A stretch of DNA of 60,148 nt from an uncultured delta proteobacterium. Lineage in GTDB: Bacteria > Desulfobacterota > WTBG01 > CAIYCZ01 > CAIRTM01. Below the pieces are notes generated by a model. It saw nothing but the letters and a program-made list of their open reading frames with translations. It had not been told where the DNA came from and did no database searches. The position numbers and the translations under genes were made by a program. How positions within the stretch are numbered: position 1 is the stretch's first letter; each line of letters begins with the position of its first letter. Where the stretch lies: the NCBI GenBank assembly GCA_903911225.1, contig CAIWCT010000155.1, positions 1 to 60,148 on the forward strand. Reading direction: 5' to 3'. Below are positions 56,701-60,148 of the stretch, piece by piece.

Positions 56701-56710
56701 AGATTCCTCC

Positions 56711-57406
56711 TCAGATGCTATCCTGTTTCAGAAGCGACTCAATTTCAGCATCAAAAAAGCCCCGCCAGGTATCAGGCGGCGGAGCTGTCCAGCTCATAGG
56801 TGTTTTCAGCACCGGATGCTCCAGGCCCAGGCGGTAGCAGTGCAGCGCCAGATTGCGCCCGTCGAACTCCCGGCGGCTGCTGTAGCGCAGGTCTCCCACA
56901 ATGGGTAAACCCCTGCTTGCCAGCTGCACGCGGATTTGATGGGGCCTGCCGGTCTTAAGATCAATGTCAAGCAAACTCAAGCCCCCGCTCTCGCCACGGG
57001 CCTGCCATGACAGCTCGGCATAGAGGGCCTTCGGGTACTTGGGCCCGACAATGCGCACTTTTTCATTTTCCTTGAAAAGATAATCCGTGTACACCCCCTG
57101 CCCTTGAGCGCTGCCTTGCACCATGGCGATATATTTTTTCAGCGGCGTACTTTCGCGGAACTGCTCCGACAGCCTGCCCGCGGCCTTTGAAGTGCGGGCA
57201 AATGCCATGACGCCCGACACGGGCCGGTCAAGCCGGTGGACAAGGCCGAGATACACGTCGCCGGGCTTGTCAAAGCGCTGCTTGATATAGGCTTTCATCA
57301 GGCACAGCAGGTCTTCGTCGCCGGTTCGATCCTGCTGCGCCGGCAGGCCAGCCGGCTTGCATACAATGAGCAGGTGATTGTCGCAGAACAGAACCTCGGG
57401 TGTCAT
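56711..57406 (-). CDS. RluA-family pseudouridine synthase
   Basis: HRLDRPVSGVMAFARTSKAA carries the catalytic Asp motif, followed by TGRPHQIRVQLA. Confidence 0.85.
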   Translation of the reverse strand: MTPEVLFCDNHLLIVCKPAGLPAQQDRTGDEDLLCLMKAYIKQRFDKPGDVYLGLVHRLDRPVSGVMAFARTSKAAGRLSEQFRESTPLKKYIAMVQGSAQGQGVYTDYLFKENEKVRIVGPKYPKALYAELSWQARGESGGLSLLDIDLKTGRPHQIRVQLASRGLPIVGDLRYSSRREFDGRNLALHCYRLGLEHPVLKTPMSWTAPPPDTWRGFFDAEIESLLKQDSI

Positions 57407-57807
57407 GCCGTGGCCTGCGACTTTTTTGCTGTGCGGGCATTAAACTTTTCGGTTTTGATAATAAAGCGCTCGTGCAGCGCCTCGCCGATTTTTTCAATTT
57501 CATCCCATGCATCGAGCCTGAAGGTCAGCTTTGCACCATCAACTGCCGTGACCTCGGTTGCGACACGTACCTTCATCCCAAGAGGTGTTGCGGCCGAATG
57601 CTTAATGTCCATGGATATGCCCACAGACTGCTCTCCGGGTTCAAGATAGTCATGTATAAGCTCTGCCGACACCCGCTCCATAAACCCGGCCAGAAATGGC
57701 GTGGCAAACACATCCGGCAGATTCTTATAGAAATACTGAGCGGTATGCTCAGGCCCGGTTACACAGATTATTTCACGGGTTGCGCCGACGGCTATGGGTC
57801 TGCTCAT
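57403..57807 (-). CDS. Hotdog-fold thioesterase (FlK-like family)
   Basis: I chose the start MSRPIAVGATREI (AAGGAG upstream of the ATG at 57807). It contains VFATPFLAGFMERVSAELI...GISMDIKHSAATPLGMKVRV. It overlaps the RluA start by 4 nt. Confidence 0.65.
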   Translation of the reverse strand: MSRPIAVGATREIICVTGPEHTAQYFYKNLPDVFATPFLAGFMERVSAELIHDYLEPGEQSVGISMDIKHSAATPLGMKVRVATEVTAVDGAKLTFRLDAWDEIEKIGEALHERFIIKTEKFNARTAKKSQATA

Positions 57808-58146
57808 GAAAGATCTCCTTATATGAAAATTGTAGGTTATTAGCTTTTTAGGCTGCAAGTAAAGAGTTTAGATGCCATAGATATTATTAACTACAGCCTG
57901 TATGCATGACCGCAAAATAAAAGTGTAATCGCATGCCCTTGTATTGTCAAGAACGAGCATGGCCCGGGCGGCAAGCATTTGGTTTGAGTTTTTGGAAAAA
58001 GTAGTGTATTTTTTATACAGTATGCTATGAAACCGGAGAGATGTCCTTTCCCTTTTCTGCTGTAGGCCTCGCAACAGTACTATAGATGCCGAAAAAGCTT
58101 TGGCATCTATCAAAAACCATCCCTTTGGGCGACAAGTGGTCCTGAA

Positions 58147-59805
58147 ATGATTCTGGCGGCTATAAAAAATTCTCCCATATCAAAGCGCAAGCTTTTTGAG
58201 ATCGAGCGCGCTGTTGTGCGCGAAGTTGTCGATTTGTGGTGCAAAGATAAGTCATATTATAATGATAATTTCGCCGAAGCGGTGGACATCGACTTTAAAG
58301 GCAAGCACATCGAAATTTCCTTCACCAACACCATACCCATGAAATACGGCGCCCCTGAAGCGACCGTCAACGATATGATGCGCGGCCTGATACTCACCAT
58401 GGCAACCGATCAGGACAGCGGGCTGCTTCTGACAAACCATCAGGCCATCATCGGCAATATCCTGGATGTATTCGTGCACCGCTTGAAAGAGCTGGGAGAG
58501 CGCAAATTCATCTTCCAGCGCCTGCAGAGCCTTGAACTCGGTTTTTCCATTGCCTTCGGACTGAAAAAAGACTTTTACCCGATCAAGCGGGCACGCAAGC
58601 ACCTTGAAGAGGTGTTGCATGTGGCAAGCCTGTCAAATCCCGGTGAGACTGCCGCAACCCTTATACACGACATGCTTGAAAGCGAGATGCTTGCATCAGC
58701 TGAACACGGCGTCACCTTCCATATTTTCATGACCAGGCCCGATGTGGCCAGTTTCCTGAGCCTGCCGTTCGGGGCAGAGCAGACAAGCTATGTAGCCCTG
58801 CTCGGCACGCACACGCTGCGGTGCAATATTCTGGCGCGGGTCGAAGGCTCGGCGCTGATCCGGTCTGGCGTTATGAAGATCGATGCGCCGTCAAATCCCA
58901 TGAACTTCATCAAGCAAAAGGGCTTAAGCCTTGATGTCGACCGCAAGGCTCTCATGGATAAAATGTGCGCCACCTGCATATTTTCCCTGAAGGACTTTAC
59001 GGCTGATGAGCTCTGCTTTCTGAAGCTTTTGTTCAATGAATACGTCCAGCTTGCATGGTTCCTGCTTTCAAGCGGCATGATTGATCCTGACCTTCGCATA
59101 CTCATCATTTTCCCCCGGATCAATTTTTTTAAGATTCTGCACGAAGCAAACCCGGATATCCCGCCCGATGAGCCGCAGACGCTCAGAGATATCGGCATGC
59201 TGCACGACAGGCTTTTCAGCATGCCTGTTCATGAGTCCAAAAAACAGAAAAAGTCTAAACGAATTCCCGAACGCATCATTCAGGAAAAGATATCCGAAGC
59301 GCTCCAGCTCTTTGCCCGCAATATACTGAAAAATCTCTATAAGCCCCTGACCGATATCCGTCGCGCCCTGCTGTATTATTCCCAGAAAGGCTACGGCGAC
59401 AGGCGGCAGTTCGTTTCCATCAAAAACAGTATCGACTGTATGTCGGCATATTTGAAAAAGCTGCAGCAGATGCAGCGTTTTGTGGTTGACCCGCGCACTG
59501 ACATGTTCGATCTGGATGCCTCGACTATCGATATTCCCGCGGGCGGCAAGATTAATGCCCTTGAGGAAATCGTGCAGAACATCCAGACCGCCGAGGTCGA
59601 CCAGACCAGGGAAGTGATCGCAACCAAGATGCTTGACTATCTTTCATTTCTCACCGTACGGCTTGAGCAGACCGAACGGGTCTCGTCGCAGTATATAAAA
59701 CAGGAAGTCGTAAAAGAGATGGAAATTTACACGCTGTCCATTCTCAACCAGGCAAAATCATATTATCGGCTCATCATGGGTAAACAGGTTCGCATATACC
59801 GCTGA
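58147..59805 (+). CDS. Hypothetical protein, 552 aa, soluble, with no domain I can recognise
   Basis: It is a long clean ORF preceded by a 288-nt non-coding region with a 29-nt palindrome (58082-58110). I saw no Walker, nuclease or TM motifs. Confidence 0.6.
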   Translation: MILAAIKNSPISKRKLFEIERAVVREVVDLWCKDKSYYNDNFAEAVDIDFKGKHIEISFTNTIPMKYGAPEATVNDMMRGLILTMATDQDSGLLLTNHQAIIGNILDVFVHRLKELGERKFIFQRLQSLELGFSIAFGLKKDFYPIKRARKHLEEVLHVASLSNPGETAATLIHDMLESEMLASAEHGVTFHIFMTRPDVASFLSLPFGAEQTSYVALLGTHTLRCNILARVEGSALIRSGVMKIDAPSNPMNFIKQKGLSLDVDRKALMDKMCATCIFSLKDFTADELCFLKLLFNEYVQLAWFLLSSGMIDPDLRILIIFPRINFFKILHEANPDIPPDEPQTLRDIGMLHDRLFSMPVHESKKQKKSKRIPERIIQEKISEALQLFARNILKNLYKPLTDIRRALLYYSQKGYGDRRQFVSIKNSIDCMSAYLKKLQQMQRFVVDPRTDMFDLDASTIDIPAGGKINALEEIVQNIQTAEVDQTREVIATKMLDYLSFLTVRLEQTERVSSQYIKQEVVKEMEIYTLSILNQAKSYYRLIMGKQVRIYR

Positions 59806-59845
59806 CCAAACCCGCTTGCAACACTTACATTCATTGAGGACTTTT

Positions 59846-60148
59846 ATGTTTGCTGAAGATATGCCCAAAATAGTGGCTGGATATTTTGACCTGTTTGACG
59901 CAGTTGAGCTGCACTTTAAAAACACCTATACCATGGAGCGGCTGAGCAGGCAGGGCGAGCTTGCCATTGTATTCAAAAATGCAGCGGGCTGCAGTCTGTT
60001 ATATCTTGGGATGCGTTGGGATTTGTGGGACCGTATGCATTTGCCCCTGTGGCTGGGAGTGCGGCCCGATTGGGGGCAGTCTGCCGCTGACTGCTTCGGC
60101 GCACGCAACCCGGGCAGATGCTTTTTTTATGAAGGGTACAGCCTATGC
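59846..60148 (+). CDS. Hypothetical protein, N-terminal 101 codons, running off the window
   Basis: ATG at 59846 with GAGGA 6 nt upstream, 40 nt after the previous stop, and no stop before the window end. My translation is MFAEDMPKIVAGYFDLFDAVELHFKNTYTMERLSRQGELAIVFKNAAGCSLLYLGMRWDLWDRMHLPLWLGVRPDWGQSAADCF... Confidence 0.45.
   Translation, partial: MFAEDMPKIVAGYFDLFDAVELHFKNTYTMERLSRQGELAIVFKNAAGCSLLYLGMRWDLWDRMHLPLWLGVRPDWGQSAADCFGARNPGRCFFYEGYSLC

Noticed and set aside
1-60148. A search for CRISPR arrays, tRNA/rRNA genes, integrases, retron/DGR reverse transcriptases and toxin-antitoxin pairs
   Set aside because: I saw no regularly spaced direct repeats and no cloverleaf-compatible segments in the larger intergenic regions (7168-7412, 9135-9445, 36342-36582, 43644-44127, 57859-58146). 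No RT or integrase motif appears in any ORF. The scan was done by eye only, so small ncRNAs could be missed.

Overview
This is 60.1 kb of a moderately GC-rich bacterial chromosome. The gene content includes many PAS/hybrid histidine kinases, a sigma54 activator, heme-c and Cache chemoreceptors, PilT/PilZ, APS kinase, and B12- and HemN-type radical SAM enzymes. That mix resembles an anaerobic Desulfobacterota-type deltaproteobacterium, but the taxon is inference only. There are about 50 CDS, roughly 80% on the minus strand. I saw no rRNA, tRNA or CRISPR array.

Layout:
(i) 1-7.4 kb is an AT-richer defence-type island. It holds a type III R-M pair (mod ... res) split by an AlbA_2/HATPase_c_4 gene. 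It also holds an orphan 183-aa gene bracketed by REP/BIME-like GTAG hairpins. Its last module is a translationally coupled TcmP + DUF5131 (Gp37/Gp68 three-Cys) pair with its own promoter. That pair is my best candidate for an undescribed system.
(ii) 7.4-13.6 kb carries transporters plus PilZ/PilT.
(iii) 13.7-36.3 kb is a sensory block. A BvgS-like double-Venus-flytrap hybrid kinase and an NtrC-type activator sit upstream of a near-consensus sigma54 promoter. That promoter precedes a CheA-less string: receiver-like ORF, CheW, DUF1329, heme-c MCP, stand-alone sCache, MCP. The block also contains a GH1 beta-glucosidase, two tandem paralogous hybrid kinases with a near-identical 3' end, and a third MCP.
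(iv) 36.5-47.9 kb is housekeeping: glk, cysC, ubiE, FadL-type OMP, ilvC, hldD and hydrolases.
(v) 47.9-50.4 kb holds a DUF559 gene bracketed by a duplicated two-hairpin module, a bacterial ERG2/sigma-1-receptor homologue and a 3'-truncated IS110 transposase.
(vi) 50.4-57.8 kb is a minus-strand string: thioesterase-RluA-MBL, an ABCD-type half transporter with a fully degenerate ATPase site, and acylphosphatase + cobalamin (class B) rSAM + HemN-like (class C) rSAM.
(vii) From 58.1 kb to the end are two orphan genes.

All family calls come from motif reading by eye. No database search was run.
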